Source of the DNA: Camelus ferus
Taxonomy: Eukaryota
Assembly (NCBI RefSeq): GCF_009834535.1
Contig: NC_045697.1
Coordinates: 27,158,001-27,222,000, forward strand
Length of the DNA stretch: 64,000 bases
Direction: 5' to 3'
Shown here: positions 52,590 to 63,394 of the stretch, one piece after another
Layout of the letters: each line of letters starts with the position of its first letter
How positions within the stretch are numbered: the stretch's first letter is position 1
Translations under genes and position numbers: made by a program
The notes under the pieces: model-generated
What the model was told of the DNA's origin: nothing
What the model saw: the letters and a program-made list of their open reading frames with translations, nothing else
Database searches by the model: none

Positions 52590-53430
52590 GAATGAGGGTG
52601 GCGTCGGGAGCTTTCAAAGAGGACGTTGAAGACTCAGCACCCCCAGCTCGACCTCACGGTACCCGCCGAGGTCTAGCGGGCTACCCCGGAGGCGCGCGGG
52701 TGCAGGGCCAGGAGGCGCGCTCCCGCGAGCGCGTCATTGTCCTCGGGGACGCGGCTGGCTCCGGAGCCGGCCCGCCCCGCCCCGCCCCAGCCTCGGCCCG
52801 CCCTGCCGGAAGGACGAGCTCGCCTGCCCCTAGACTCGGTGGTGGCAGCGCGGGGACAGCGGCGGCGGCTCCGGGAGGCGGCGGCCCCGGCATGGACACC
52901 CGGCTGGACCAGGAGACGGCCCTGTGGCTGCGATGGGACAAGGTGAGGGGTGGCCGGGGGCCGAGAGTGCCCGGAGGAGGTGGGGGCGAGAGCCGGTGCC
53001 GGCGCTTCCTTCCTTCCCTCCCCTCCCACGCCGCGGGGCCGCGCGGGGCCCGCCGGAAGACGGAGGAGGGGGACGCGGCGGCTGCAGCCAGGCCTCCTCG
53101 GGTCCGGCCGGCTTGTGGCAGATTCGAAGTTTGTCCAGGAAAGGTTGTCCCAGGACAAAACCAGCCATCTGGCGGGCGGGGACTGCAAGTTCGGGAGTAG
53201 GGGAGCATGCCGGGTTGGTCTGAGCGCGGCGGAGTCTAATTGAGGCGAGCTCTTGTTTCTGCCACTCAGACCGCCAGCTCGTCCTCTGCAGTCGCCTGTG
53301 CATCCCCCACCGACCCTGAATTGTTCTGTGCCGCCTATTTCTTCCTTTTCTGGAAACTTGGCAGAGCAGCCTTACCAAGTACTTGGTTGCAAGCTTGGGT
53401 CCTCCGGGTTCGGCCTGCCGGGCTTTAGGC
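52590..53430. promoter_or_regulatory. PGM2: CpG island / PGM2 promoter
   Basis: Very GC- and CpG-rich stretch around exon 1, with tandem GC boxes (cccgccccgccccgcccc at about 52770-52788). Flanks are CpG-depleted. Confidence 0.9.
52892..52942 (+). CDS. PGM2: PGM2 (phosphoglucomutase 2 / phosphopentomutase) coding exon 1
   Basis: ATG at 52892 in strong Kozak context (GGCATGG). Encodes MDTRLDQETALWLRWDK, matching recalled human PGM2 ..DARLDQETAQWLRWDK. Donor AAG|gtgagg at 52943. Lies in a CpG island. Confidence 0.93.
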
Positions 53431-54094
53431 GTTTTTCCAGGTCTCTGACTTTGCCAAGAAGAGAGGGAACCCCCTTAGACACAGCGCTCCTTGGTGTTTC
53501 ATCTCTTCACTGTCTTAGATGCTCGAGCAAAGAGAGAATCGGGGACCCAGCTCTGGACGTCACTCCCTCTCTCCTTTCTAACTTGAGTCTCTCGCTCATA
53601 CACGCTGTTTGTATTCCCGGAAAGTTCCTCTCTTCTGTCTTCTGCTGGACTTGCTTTTCATGTTGTTACTCATGTTTCAGGTCTGAATTTAAATGTGGCT
53701 TATGTAGAGAGGCCTTCCCTGGTTCCCAAGGGTAAATTATGTCTCCGTAATACTCTCCCTAAACAGACTATTCGTTTCTCTCATAGCTCGTACTACGACT
53801 GGCCAAGAACAAAAACACTTGCTAGTGGGTTTATTTGTTTAACGTCTGTCTCCAGGGCTGACTTCAAAGGCGTGAGATCCACTGGGTCACAGAGGACCCG
53901 TTCTCCTAGGAGGGCCCAGCGCTTGATTTAATAATCTGCTGTCCTGCTTTGAAATTCTTTTAAAATTTTTTGACAAGGGATCCCTTTTTTCATTTGCACT
54001 GGATCTTGCAAATCATGTAGTCGGCCCTGCCCACTCCTTCACTAACTTCCCTCATCCAGAGGCCTGCACCACACATAATAGAGACCGGAAATAC

Positions 54095-54764
54095 CTGTGG
54101 AGTCAGTGAGGAAGACTGAGGCCTGTCTGCAGGGGCCAGGCCTTCCTCTTCACTCCCAAGCCCCTGCCCACGAAATGCCAGCACATCCGGTTTCTGGATG
54201 CTGTTGGCAACTCCTTGGGTGCTTTTCCTTTGTAATTCTTGTAATTCTTTAGGAAAGGAAAAGGTCTCCATTTCTGATAACTCAGTAACTGGCAGTGTAT
54301 AGAAATCTTGAAAAATCATAGTTGGTGATGAATTGGTTCCAAAAAACTTTCCCTTTGAACACATAGAATCCCAGTTTCCACACACTGTTCTATCTGTGGG
54401 TATGGAGAATGCCTCACTGGATAGAGGTGAGGGGATGTTGGCCTTTTCATTTTTTAATTGCTGCCACTCCTCCTGTCCTCTCCTCAGTTTCTTCTTTGGC
54501 TTGAGACAGGCATTCAGAGGGAACTTCCCACCAGCTAAAGGCATTGCAGCCCTCTGGTCTGACTGCCCCAGACTCAGGGTGCCAGGCATTCACCCTCCGT
54601 CCCTGTTCTACTGGATGCTGACAGACATGTCACTCCCAATCCTGGTTCTAGTCTCTGCTGCCCTCTCGACTTTTTATTCTTACTGCTCTGCCTCCTTTGG
54701 TTGCTCTCAGGCTATTTGGTCTTTTATGGATGTCAAAGACCAATTAGGATTTTCCAAATCTACA
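54095..54764 (-). pseudogene. Dynein-like pseudo-exon, AAA3 large domain
   Basis: Acceptor ttctttcattcacag| and donor CAG|gtattt. One frame throughout: VDLENPNW... then SKGKFFGTNSSPTMIFQDFYTLP, compared with RKGVFGPPxGKKxVVFxDDLNMP. Explains the 199-aa ORF 53990..54589. Confidence 0.55.
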
Positions 54765-54823
54765 CTGTGAATGAAAGAATCACTGGCTACTGGGTGTGAC
54801 CTTATAGTCTCTGTGTTTCCTCA

Positions 54824-55173
54824 TTCACTCAGCAATATGTATTTTATTGTATATATATTTTTATTGAAGTATAGTCAGTTTACAGTGGGTCAATTTCTGG
54901 TGTACAGCACGCTTCAGTCATACATGAACATACATATATTCGTTTTCATAGTCTTTTTCACCGTAAGTTACTACAAGATAGTGAAAATAGTTCCCTGTGC
55001 ATTACAGTATGAACTTGTTGTTTATCTATTTTATATATATTAGTATCTGCAAATCTTGAACTCCCAATTTATCTCTTCCCACACCCTTCCTGCCCTTGTA
55101 ACCATAAGTTTGATTTCTATGTCTGTGAGTCTGTTTCTGTTTTGTAAATAAGTTTGTCTTTTCACTCAGCAAT
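54824..55173 (-). mobile_element. Short L1 3'UTR insertion with TSD
   Basis: tttattgaagtatagtcagtttaca 3' end; TSD ttcactcagcaat at 54824-54836 and 55161-55173. Confidence 0.85.
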
Positions 55174-55202
55174 GTTGGTTGAACCTCTTTTATGTTGCAG
55201 AC

Positions 55203-55421
55203 CTGAGCCCTAACACCTGACAATCGGATAGGTCAGATTGTGCTCTGTGGCTATTGCTTTTAATCCAAAAGAAGGGCTTTTGCTTGTTTCCTCTTGAATC
55301 TGGAACAATCTGGAAATGTGGGCTTAATTCCAGCAAGCCAGCATTTTATTGCAATAGCATTTCTAAGTTTAATTATGTGGCCACGTCTTGACCTGCATGT
55401 TCATCTACTGAGGTGATGACT
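55203..55421 (-). pseudogene. Dynein-like pseudo-exon, AAA2 small domain
   Basis: Acceptor ttttggtcttag|. AIAIKCWLAG compared with FxFSLIWSxGG. Donor CAG|gtctgc. Confidence 0.35.
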
Positions 55422-56149
55422 CTAAGACCAAAATACTCACTCTAGTGTTACCCTGAATTCTTAAGGGAAAAATTTGGTAATAGAATTAACGTAATTGTCA
55501 TTTTTCTCCATTCTTAACATTTTATGCAACTATTGTACAACAAAAATAGAGCAATAGAAAATGAACTTAAGTGATTCATGTGACTGTCTATTTGAAGCAG
55601 TTAATAATAGAAAAGGTACTAAGTTAATGTTTATCATGCAGTTTAAGCAAGACACTTAATCTCTGAAGCTTCTCCACCTATAAAATGTTTTTTTTTTAAT
55701 TTGCCTGCCTCTTACAGTCATTGCAAGATTCAGATTTGACCAGGTGTGTGAAAGTATTGTACAGCTTTTAAAACATGAGCAAAGGTTTTGATTTAAATTA
55801 TATAAGCTTATCACTCTCTGGGGAAATCTGAAAACATTAGAGAAGAAAACGAACGTTTGATTACTACTAGGTGCCAGATAGAGAAAAGTGTTTTACATTA
55901 ATTTAATGTAAACCACCTCAAAACCACCTTGTAAGGAAGAGTCTAGATTGTTCCCGTTTTACAGATGAGGCAACTGAGAATTCAAGAAGCTAAATAATCC
56001 TCCAGGAGCATAAAGTCGATGAGTGGTGTTGTGGCTGGGGTTCCATTCTGGGTATTAGACTCCATAACCTATATGTTCATTCCTTTTCTCCAAAAATGCT
56101 TACCTTGGTAGGAAAGAGAATAATACTTATAAAGGAGAAACTATTGCCT

Positions 56150-56860
56150 TTTATTCACAACATTTCTAACATCAAATGTGTGAGTTTTTCACACCAAGCT
56201 ATTTTCTATTTCTCCGGACATCAGCTGGGTGTCCTACAATTTCAATTCTAACACAGGTGCCGCAGCTTAAGGGCTCAGTCCCACAAGACTGCCCCCACCT
56301 CAGATCCCCACAAAAAGTCCTAGATTGTCACCCGTACTTCTGACCAACTAGTGATAAATCAGGGGTCTCATGACCCCCTTTTCAGGTTTGATAATTTGCT
56401 AGAACAGCTCATGGAACTCAGGAAAGCACTTTACTTACTGTTACCAGTTTTACTGTGAAGGACGCAACTCAAGAACAGCGAAGTGAAAGAGAACCCAAGG
56501 TCGGGGTGTGTGGGAGGGGGTGTGGAGCTTCCATGCCCTCTCCAGGCACCTCTCTCCCAGCACATCCCTGTGTTCATCAGCACAGAAGCTCCCCAGACCG
56601 TGCTGTGTAGGGTTTTTATGGAGGTTCTGTTACACAGGCATGATTAATTAAATCATTGGCTATTGGTGACTGAAAGTTCCAACCTTCTAATCGCTTGGTT
56701 AGTTCCCTAGAGTCACCTCATTAGCATAAACTCAGGTATGGATGAGTTTATTATGAATAACAAAAGATGTTCCTCTCACCCTAATCACTCAGGAAATTCC
56801 AAAAATTTTATGACCTCTGCCAGAAACTAGGAACAAAAACTAAATATTATACATGATAAT
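56150..56860. mobile_element. MER21-like LTR (opposite orientation to 14161-15035)
   Basis: agggctcagtcccacaagactgccccc..gaactcaggaaagcactttacttac..caggcatgattaattaaatcattggc. Confidence 0.7.
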
Positions 56861-57075
56861 TTTTTTAAAACCAACTTCATATTTCAAATTTCAAAAGCAT
56901 CAGAAAATTGAAAAGCTTTTCATCTCTTCACTCTCTTAGATGCTGGAGCAAAGACAGAATATATATTAATTTTTTTCCCATTTGTACATTAGAATTATTG
57001 TGGGTTTTTTTATATTTCAGATTTCCCGTTGTGTTATTCATCTGGCTGTATGGTGTATACATATCTGTTTTGCAG

Positions 57076-57243
57076 AATCCTTTAACTTTCGAGTCAGTGA
57101 AACAACTAATTGCAGAAGGTAATAAAGAAGAACTACAAAAATGTTTTGGAGCGCGAATGGAGTTTGGGACAGCTGGCCTGCGAGCTGCTATGGGGCCAGG
57201 AATTTCTCATATGAATGACTTGACCATCATCCAGACTACACAG
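57076..57243 (+). CDS. PGM2: PGM2 coding exon 2
   Basis: Acceptor tgttttgcag| and donor CAG|gtacca; 168 nt, phase 0-0. Encodes NPLTFESVKQLIAEGNKEELQKCFGARMEFGTAGLRAAMGPGISHMNDLTIIQTTQ, containing the phosphohexomutase FGTAGLR motif. Confidence 0.97.
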
Positions 57244-57324
57244 GTACCACATTTTTATATTTCTTAGTTACTTTTTTTTTTTTTTGACACTCCATAGGTA
57301 GTTTTTATTTGTAACACTTTTTTA

Positions 57325-57990
57325 AAATATATTTTTATTGAAGTATAGTCAGTTTACAATGTTGTGTCAATTTCTGGTGATAGCACAGTGCTTTAGTCCT
57401 ACATGAACATACGTATATTCATTTTCATATTCTTTTCACCGTAAGTTACTACAAGATATTTAATATAGTTCCCTATGCTATACAATATAAACTTGTTGTT
57501 TATCTATTTTATATATATTAGTTAGTATCTGCAAATCTCAAACTCCCAATTTACCCCTTCTCAACCCCTTCCCCCACCTCCCCGTAACCATAAGCTTGTT
57601 TTCTATGTCTGTCTGTTTCTATTTTATAAATTAGTTCATTTGTCTTTTTTTTCCAGATTTTACATATATGTATGTGTGTGTGTATATATATATGATATCA
57701 TATGGTATTTTTCTTTCTCTTTTTGGCTTACTTCCCTTAGAATGACAATCTCCAGTTCCATCCATATTGCTGCAAATGGCATTATTTTATTTTTTTATGG
57801 CTGAGTAGTATTCCATTGTATAAATATACCACAGCTTCTTTATCCAGTCATCTGTCGATGGACATTTGGGATGTTTTCATGTCTTGGCTGTTGTAAATAG
57901 TGCTGCTGTGAACATTGGGGTACATGCATCTTTTTGAATTAAGGTTCCCTCTGGTTATATGGCCAGGAGTGGAATTGCTGGATCATATTA
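57325..57990 (-). mobile_element. L1 3' end fragment
   Basis: Same L1 subfamily 3' sequence as at 3640-4085 and 54840-55160, antisense. Confidence 0.88.
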
Positions 57991-57995
57991 TTCTT

Positions 57996-58715
57996 ACTGA
58001 AGTGCTAAAGACAATTTTAATTACATATGTGTGGGAGCCCCATTAAGATAATAAGGCCCAAGGGCAATTCAGCAGTGGAGGCTTATATGCCATTCCCAGC
58101 CAAGGAATGGGAGAGGGGCCTGGGGCTTCGAAGTGGGAAAGAACAATAGAAGAACTTTTAAAATAGGTAGATATAGATATAGATATACGTATATATCCCT
58201 CTCCCCTACAGGTCAGTAGAGGAGCAGGTGTTTGGTGACTAGATGTTTGCCCTGCCATACAAATAATCTTTCAGATTAAAAGTTATCTCTGGTAATAGCT
58301 CTCTTTCTGGTTCAAACTCCATATCTGAATTCTTGTTAGGTAGTTAAGGAAGAGGTAAAATTTGTCTTTAGTCTGTTGGGTCTTGATTGCGTTCAGCTCA
58401 AAATGACCCACATACCAGAGTGGCGTAATTTGGGGTCACGCATTTCTGTTCCCCCTCAGAGCTCTCCACTGACAGGAGCTGGGGAAAGACTTTTCAGAGA
58501 CAAGGCAGGAACAAAGCAAGGAAATTGCTCAAAGGGCTATAGCTCAACCAGGTGCCTTATTTGGGAAACCAAGCTGGCTGTGATTGGCTGTGACTCTTAG
58601 GGTGTGATTTCTTAACGTTGAGGCATTTACAGGGCAGGGTTTTGATTTGCTTACTGGGCTCCTGAAGTATTAAAGCTACCCCAGTATAATGACATTCTCA
58701 TTTAATTAATTTAAC
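57996..58715. mobile_element. ERV1-like LTR in PGM2 intron 2
   Basis: gggtcttgattgc..ttcagctcaaaat..cccacataccagagtggc..tttgggg..ttctgttccc pattern typical of antisense ERV1 LTRs. Confidence 0.5.
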
Positions 58716-58841
58716 CCCAGTCTCCTGTTGGATCTGATAGACCTAATTTTTTTCATTGTGGATGAGCCTGTGGGTTTGCCTAGGCACAGGGAGTCACATT
58801 TACTCCATAAAGTTGGTCTTGTGCAGTCGGTTGAAGTGGTA
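58716..58841 (-). pseudogene. Dynein-like pseudo-exon, AAA2 (QLYG)
   Basis: VPLQPTAQDQLYGVNVTPCA* compared with INPKAITMGQLYGxxDxxTxEW. Abuts an LTR insertion. Confidence 0.55.
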
Positions 58842-58989
58842 CTATTTCAAAACTCACATAGCCATTCGTTCATTCATTCAGCAGATTTATTGGGTGCCAG
58901 ACACTGGGGATATAATAATGACTAAAACAGATAGATTCCACCATGGAGCTTTCATTCCAGTGCAAATCCACCAACTAAGCTGACCGACT

Positions 58990-59307
58990 TTCATGGTCTT
59001 GTAATTTTTGTTATGGTTGTGCAGATGTAAGCGTTGAAAATCTTTTCTAACTGCCAGAATAACCTACAGCCCATTCTGTTCAGTTTTAATTTATAGTATA
59101 GGTGGAAAGTATCGCTGAGTTCCCTTGCCTTCATTTGCAAATTTTACTGTCAGAGTCTAGACCCAACTTTTAGAAATAAAGATGAAGCCTTTGATAAAAC
59201 AGCTGCTGCTGAGTGTCGAGAGTTCTGTTTATGAAGGAAAGAAAGTGGAACAGATTGTTCTGTTTCTTCAACTACTTAGACTTGTTAAAAATGAGGTCAC
59301 TTTAATT
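58990..59307 (-). pseudogene. Dynein-like pseudo-exon, AAA2 start
   Basis: Acceptor ttttctttcccag|, phase-compatible with the previous exon (intervening intron only 60 nt). LQMKARELSDTFHLYYKLKL compared with KVIQLYETxxVRHGxML. No intact Walker A. Confidence 0.4.
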
Positions 59308-59367
59308 CTGGGAAAGAAAAGGCTGGGGAAAATTGACTACTGGTGATTACAGGTACCTTACACATAC

Positions 59368-59568
59368 CTCCCAGTGTAAAGGCAGAGTTGGACAAGTCCT
59401 AACAAAACCCTAAGAAGGAAATCTTGCCTAAGGGTACAGAGTTGCCAGGGGACTACTGGCTGCAAATTCCTGTTAAGCAGGAGGGCTCCCTGAGATCTTC
59501 TCGGAGGGAAGGCTTGGAATACGTGAGCCTGGAACTCCTGTTGTCGTTGACGGATACATGGAATCGCT
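59368..59568 (-). pseudogene. Dynein-like pseudo-exon, AAA1 lid end
   Basis: Acceptor ctgaccctacag| and donor GAG|gtatgt; 201 nt, phase 1-1. ..ISFLGFC*DLS compared with LFxGIISDLFP. Two in-frame stops. Confidence 0.5.
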
Positions 59569-60128
59569 CTGTAGGGTCAGGTCACCTTCTGCTCCAGTTA
59601 CTAGGACTACACAACAAATCACCCAGAACATAGTGATTTTAAGTCACAACCGCATTTATTTTGCTCACAAATCTGTAATGTGGGTAGAGCTCAGTCGGGA
59701 TGGCTCATCTCTGCTGCATTTAGCATCACCTGGGCCGACTTGGAGTGTGGAGTCCTTTAAAGTGCCCTCACTCATGTGTCTGCAGTCATTGCTGGCTGCT
59801 GGTTGAGACCTTATCTGGGGCTGGAACACCCCATGGGGCCCTGGGCTTCCTAGGGCCCAGGAGAGCATCCAGAGAGAGTGTGTGCACACCAGGGGGAAGC
59901 TGGGTTGACTTTTATGACCTGGGCTTGAATGTCACACAGAATCACTTCTACCATATTCAAGAAGAGGGCATGCAGACACCCTCTCAATGGAGAAAAGTCA
60001 GTGTCACATTAGAGGGGCATGTGGGATGAAATATATTGGTGTAGCCGTCTTTGAAAATCCAATTGGTCATAGCTCCTGTTAAGCTTAATTAATTAATGTT
60101 AGGGAATTCCAAAGCCTTCTAGATAAAC

Positions 60129-60285
60129 CTGAGCCTTTTCTCCTATATTCATCTGCATCTTACTTTCTAGGAATGATGAAATCTGTGCCCAGAAAGGTCC
60201 GAGGACCTGTTTTACATACCCTCCCTGCTATAAGAAATGATCTCTTCTGGGAGTAGACCCTGTGATAGCCAAGAATCCTACAAAA
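60129..60285 (-). pseudogene. Dynein-like pseudo-exon, AAA1 lid
   Basis: Acceptor ttctttttaacacag|. YVKQVL compared with RAVKSVL. Donor CAG|gtttat. Confidence 0.4.
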
Positions 60286-60418
60286 CTGTGTTAAAAAGAA
60301 AACAAAAAACCCGAGTTCCTTTAAAGGCCATCTGATTCAACTAGCCACCCATCGGGATAATTTCCTCTGTAATAACCACCACTCTGACGTGATCGTCCAG
60401 CTGCACTGGAACACTTAC

Positions 60419-60664
60419 ACAATAGGAGACAAAGATGTTAAGAGTTTAGACAATTTTATAAGAACAGCAGGTGAATTTTTTAAATCTTAGGAGTGGTTTC
60501 AAAATTAGAGGAAACGGATTTCCCAGACAAACCACCCGGCTTCCACGCCCAAGCTGGGGTAGTGTGACCTGGCAGAACATGCTGGCTTTTACTGTGGCCC
60601 AGGCCCCCTGGCCCGCTGGTCTCTGCGGTGGACTCTCACCCTGTTGGTGCCCCCACATTTATCT
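60419..60664 (-). pseudogene. Dynein-like pseudo-exon, AAA1 (ELPDNLKALFR-like)
   Basis: ASMFCQVTLPQLGRGSRVVCLGNPFPLILKPLLRFKKFTCCSYKIV* compared with FITMNPGYAGRxELPDNLKALFRPVAMMVPDY. Donor TGT|gtaagt at 60418. Confidence 0.6.
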
Positions 60665-61039
60665 CTTTGGATTTAAGAAGCAGATGTATGTGAGTCAAGA
60701 ACACCCCAGTGGGAAACAGGATAGAGACTAGTGGAGCTATTGTTTGCCTCATTGACAGAGGTTATAATTTCCTCTAGGTTACTTAACTGAGCCATGACGC
60801 ATCAGTGATGGAAAACTGATTGTCTCCTGAAATAGCCATTCTGTCTTTGGATTGTTCTCGTTAAAGAATGGTTTCATTATTTTGAGCCGAAATCTTCCTT
60901 TCTGTAGCTTTCACATATTGGTCATAGTTTGACCTTTTGAAGCTATCTAAAGTTTATTTCTTGTGTTATGTGATAATATTTTGATTCTGAAAACCTCCCT
61001 GATCCCTCACTGAGACTTTTCTCTGGAAAAAGCCTTCAC

Positions 61040-61700
61040 CCTTCCTGTGACCATTCTCTCAGCCAGCATGCCCCAGAATTTTTTAGAGCAATTTGAAGAT
61101 GAAAGGATTTTAGACTAAGGCTAAATACTTTTTGCCCCCTTGAACACTGGGGCCACAACACAGGGGTCGACCAGGGCCAGGGAGAGGGTGCTTCACTGTT
61201 GTAAGCTGTAGCCTGTGAGCGTCTGGGTACCTTCTGGGGAAACCTGCGAAACCCCACAAAACCAGTGCACGTGTATCCTCATTACCTTGTATCATTCAAC
61301 TGCAGAAGATATGCCCAATATCATATTTTTGTACAAGAAAAACTAAAGGCTTTCTAGATTGGCCCTACTCTGGCAACAGACCTGTGAAGAGTTACAGTTA
61401 TCTTTTACAGGATTTCTTTCAACCAAAGTGAAATGAGTAATACGAACCGTCATTATTGCCCAATCAACCAGAGTGCTTTTTGTTCCGTAATAAAACCTAT
61501 TTTATCCAGTTACCTAAACCTCTTGAGTTCAAAGGTTTTCTAATCTTCCATATTTCAAACTGATATGAGGCTATTGGAGGCATGGAGGTGCAGGAATTGT
61601 GTGCTCCACCATTTCTAGGCAGGTGGGAATAGCCCCAACTCTGCACAACTTTTATCTTTATACTGGCGGACTGATAGAGCCTCCTTAAGAGCTGCCTGCT
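61040..61700 (-). pseudogene. Dynein-like pseudo-exon(s), end of linker and AAA1 P-loop region
   Basis: Frameshifted pieces IMTVRITHFTLVERNPVKDN (compare LITIDVHARDVV), QGNEDTRALVL (compare LGNxxRLVI), PLCCGPSVQGGKK (degenerate GPAGTGKT) and IALKNSGACWLRE (compare GLAQSGAWxCFDE). Donor GG|gtgaag at 61039. Confidence 0.55.
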
Positions 61701-61760
61701 GGAAAACAGTATCGCAGACAAACAGAACAAGTTTAGATCTGTTACATGTCAAAATCTTAC

Positions 61761-61869
61761 CAAGCGTGTTGAGGTTCTTTGACCCACTGACCCACCCGCA
61801 GGCAGAAATATCTGAAACACCTCCCTGTCCTCAGACTTTCTTGAACTTAGAGTAAAGAAGGAGTACAGG
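61761..61869 (-). pseudogene. Dynein-like pseudo-exon, linker (SxEGE..GxVExW-like)
   Basis: Acceptor attttctttcaaag| and donor TTG|gtaaga. Translation LSSRKSEDREVFQIFLPAGGSVGQ. Confidence 0.45.
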
Positions 61870-62509
61870 CTTTGAAAGAAAATGACAATAAAGCCAGTGC
61901 TTATAACATCAAACACATAGTGCTTCCTTGGTAATGGATTCTCAGCACTTGGCATGTTTTACTCATGTAACTCTCATGCAGCCCTTTGAGGGGGTACTGT
62001 TGTTATTCCCACTTTACAGAATGGAAAACTGAGGCTCTGAGAGATTAAAGAACTTGTCATTTGTTCACAGGTGGTGGTGGAGTACAAACCCACAGATTCT
62101 GTGTGCTTTTAACCCAGCACTGAACCACCTCTAACCAGACCCAGGCACAAATCTAGGTTTTGCTACTCCTGTATCTGAAACTGGGCACGTCTCTGAGCCT
62201 CTCTGGGCCTGGCTTTCCCATCTGCAAAATGGGATTTCTTGGCCAAGTTGATCTGAGGTTAGTAATAATAAATGTTAGGTCTCCAGCACAGTACCTGATA
62301 CATATAGATAGACAACAAGTAAAGCTGTTATTTTTCTGTTGTTCAGTTTGCTAAGTTACTGAGGGATTTCTCCCCTCTCTACTATAGTGTTCTCTTGTGG
62401 AAGCAGAGAAAACTTGACCAATTTTTGGTGTGTATATATATATATATATACACATACATATGATGTGTTAAAACATACATACTCTTTTAATTCCTGGGGT
62501 ATTTTTTAG

Positions 62510-62616
62510 GGATTTTGCAGATACCTGGAAAAACAATTCAGTGACCTCAAGCAAAGAGGTGTCGTGATCAGCTTTGACGCTCGAGCCCATCCAGCCAGTG
62601 GAGGCAGCAGCAAAAG
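62510..62616 (+). CDS. PGM2: PGM2 coding exon 3
   Basis: Acceptor attttttag| and donor AAAAG|gtatgt; 107 nt. Encodes GFCRYLEKQFSDLKQRGVVISFDARAHPASGGSSK(R), in frame with exon 2. Confidence 0.96.
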
Positions 62617-63017
62617 GTATGTAAAGATATTTAGGAAGCTGTTTTTTTGTAGCGTAGTTTGTAGTTTTATTTGTAATCACCATTTCCATAGCTTGACGTT
62701 AAATACATTTGTCAGCTACATAGATAGCTTAACTATAAAAATGATGGGTAAATTTCCTTTGCAACTTTTAAGAATTCTGGTTTACATTTGGGTTAAGGAA
62801 AGGAAATTATTTCAACAGTTTAGAACTTAATACCTATCTAAATGAAAGCAATTTTTTATAGTTGCAAATTTATTTCTCTCACTTTTCCTTTCACATAATT
62901 TTCTTTTTCCACCAATTATAAGCCTCATGAGCTCCTTCCCATTCTTAAATGCCCATTGAAAACTGAGTTTTTGTAACATTCTCAGACCAATAGGGCTCTG
63001 CTGTATGTAGCTGTCAG

Positions 63018-63152
63018 TTGGTGGTGGTGGTGGTGGTGATGGTGGTGGTGGTGATGATGGTGGCAGTAGTGATGGTGGTGATGGTGGTGATGGTGGTGGT
63101 GAGGGTGGTGGTAGTGATGATGGCGGCAGTGGTGGTGGTGGCCGCAGTGGTG
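63018..63152. repeat. Degenerate (GGT/GAT)n trinucleotide repeat
   Basis: ggtggtggt..gatggtggt tract; source of the poly-V and poly-P ORFs. Confidence 0.95.
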
Positions 63153-63202
63153 ATAGGATCATTTGACTGGAACCACAATTTTAAACATAGAGAGGCTCAA
63201 AC

Positions 63203-63392
63203 CACGGGTCAGCAAACTTTTTCTCTTAAAGGGCAAATAGTAAATACCTTACACACTGTGGACTGCACAGTCTCTATCATAACCACTCAACTCTGCCATG
63301 TAGCAAAGAAACCGCCATGGACAATTCATGACTGAATGGGCAGTGTTAGAATAAAACTTTATTTACAAAATGGGCTGGAGTTTGCCAACCAA
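63203..63392. mobile_element. MER58-like hAT remnant (similar at 2660-2990 and 40920-41165)
   Basis: gggtcagcaaactttttctcttaaagggcaaatagtaaata..actcaactctgcc..aataaaactttatttacaaaa. Confidence 0.7.
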
Positions 63393-63394
63393 GG

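Noticed and set aside
52673..53378. Several overlapping 97-202 aa ORFs on both strands
   Set aside because: Stop-poor CpG island; only the 17-codon PGM2 exon is well supported.
53460..53760. Candidate - strand exon with acceptor ctgtttag
   Set aside because: Sequence resembles an L2-type repeat (cagggaaggcctctct..agacctgaa) and has no dynein motif.
56900..57060. Possible AAA2 Walker B exon next to PGM2 exon 2
   Set aside because: No convincing acceptor or motif; cannot be supported.
62827..63335. Poly-Pro and poly-Val ORFs
   Set aside because: Translations of the (GGT)n microsatellite; no splice or homology support.
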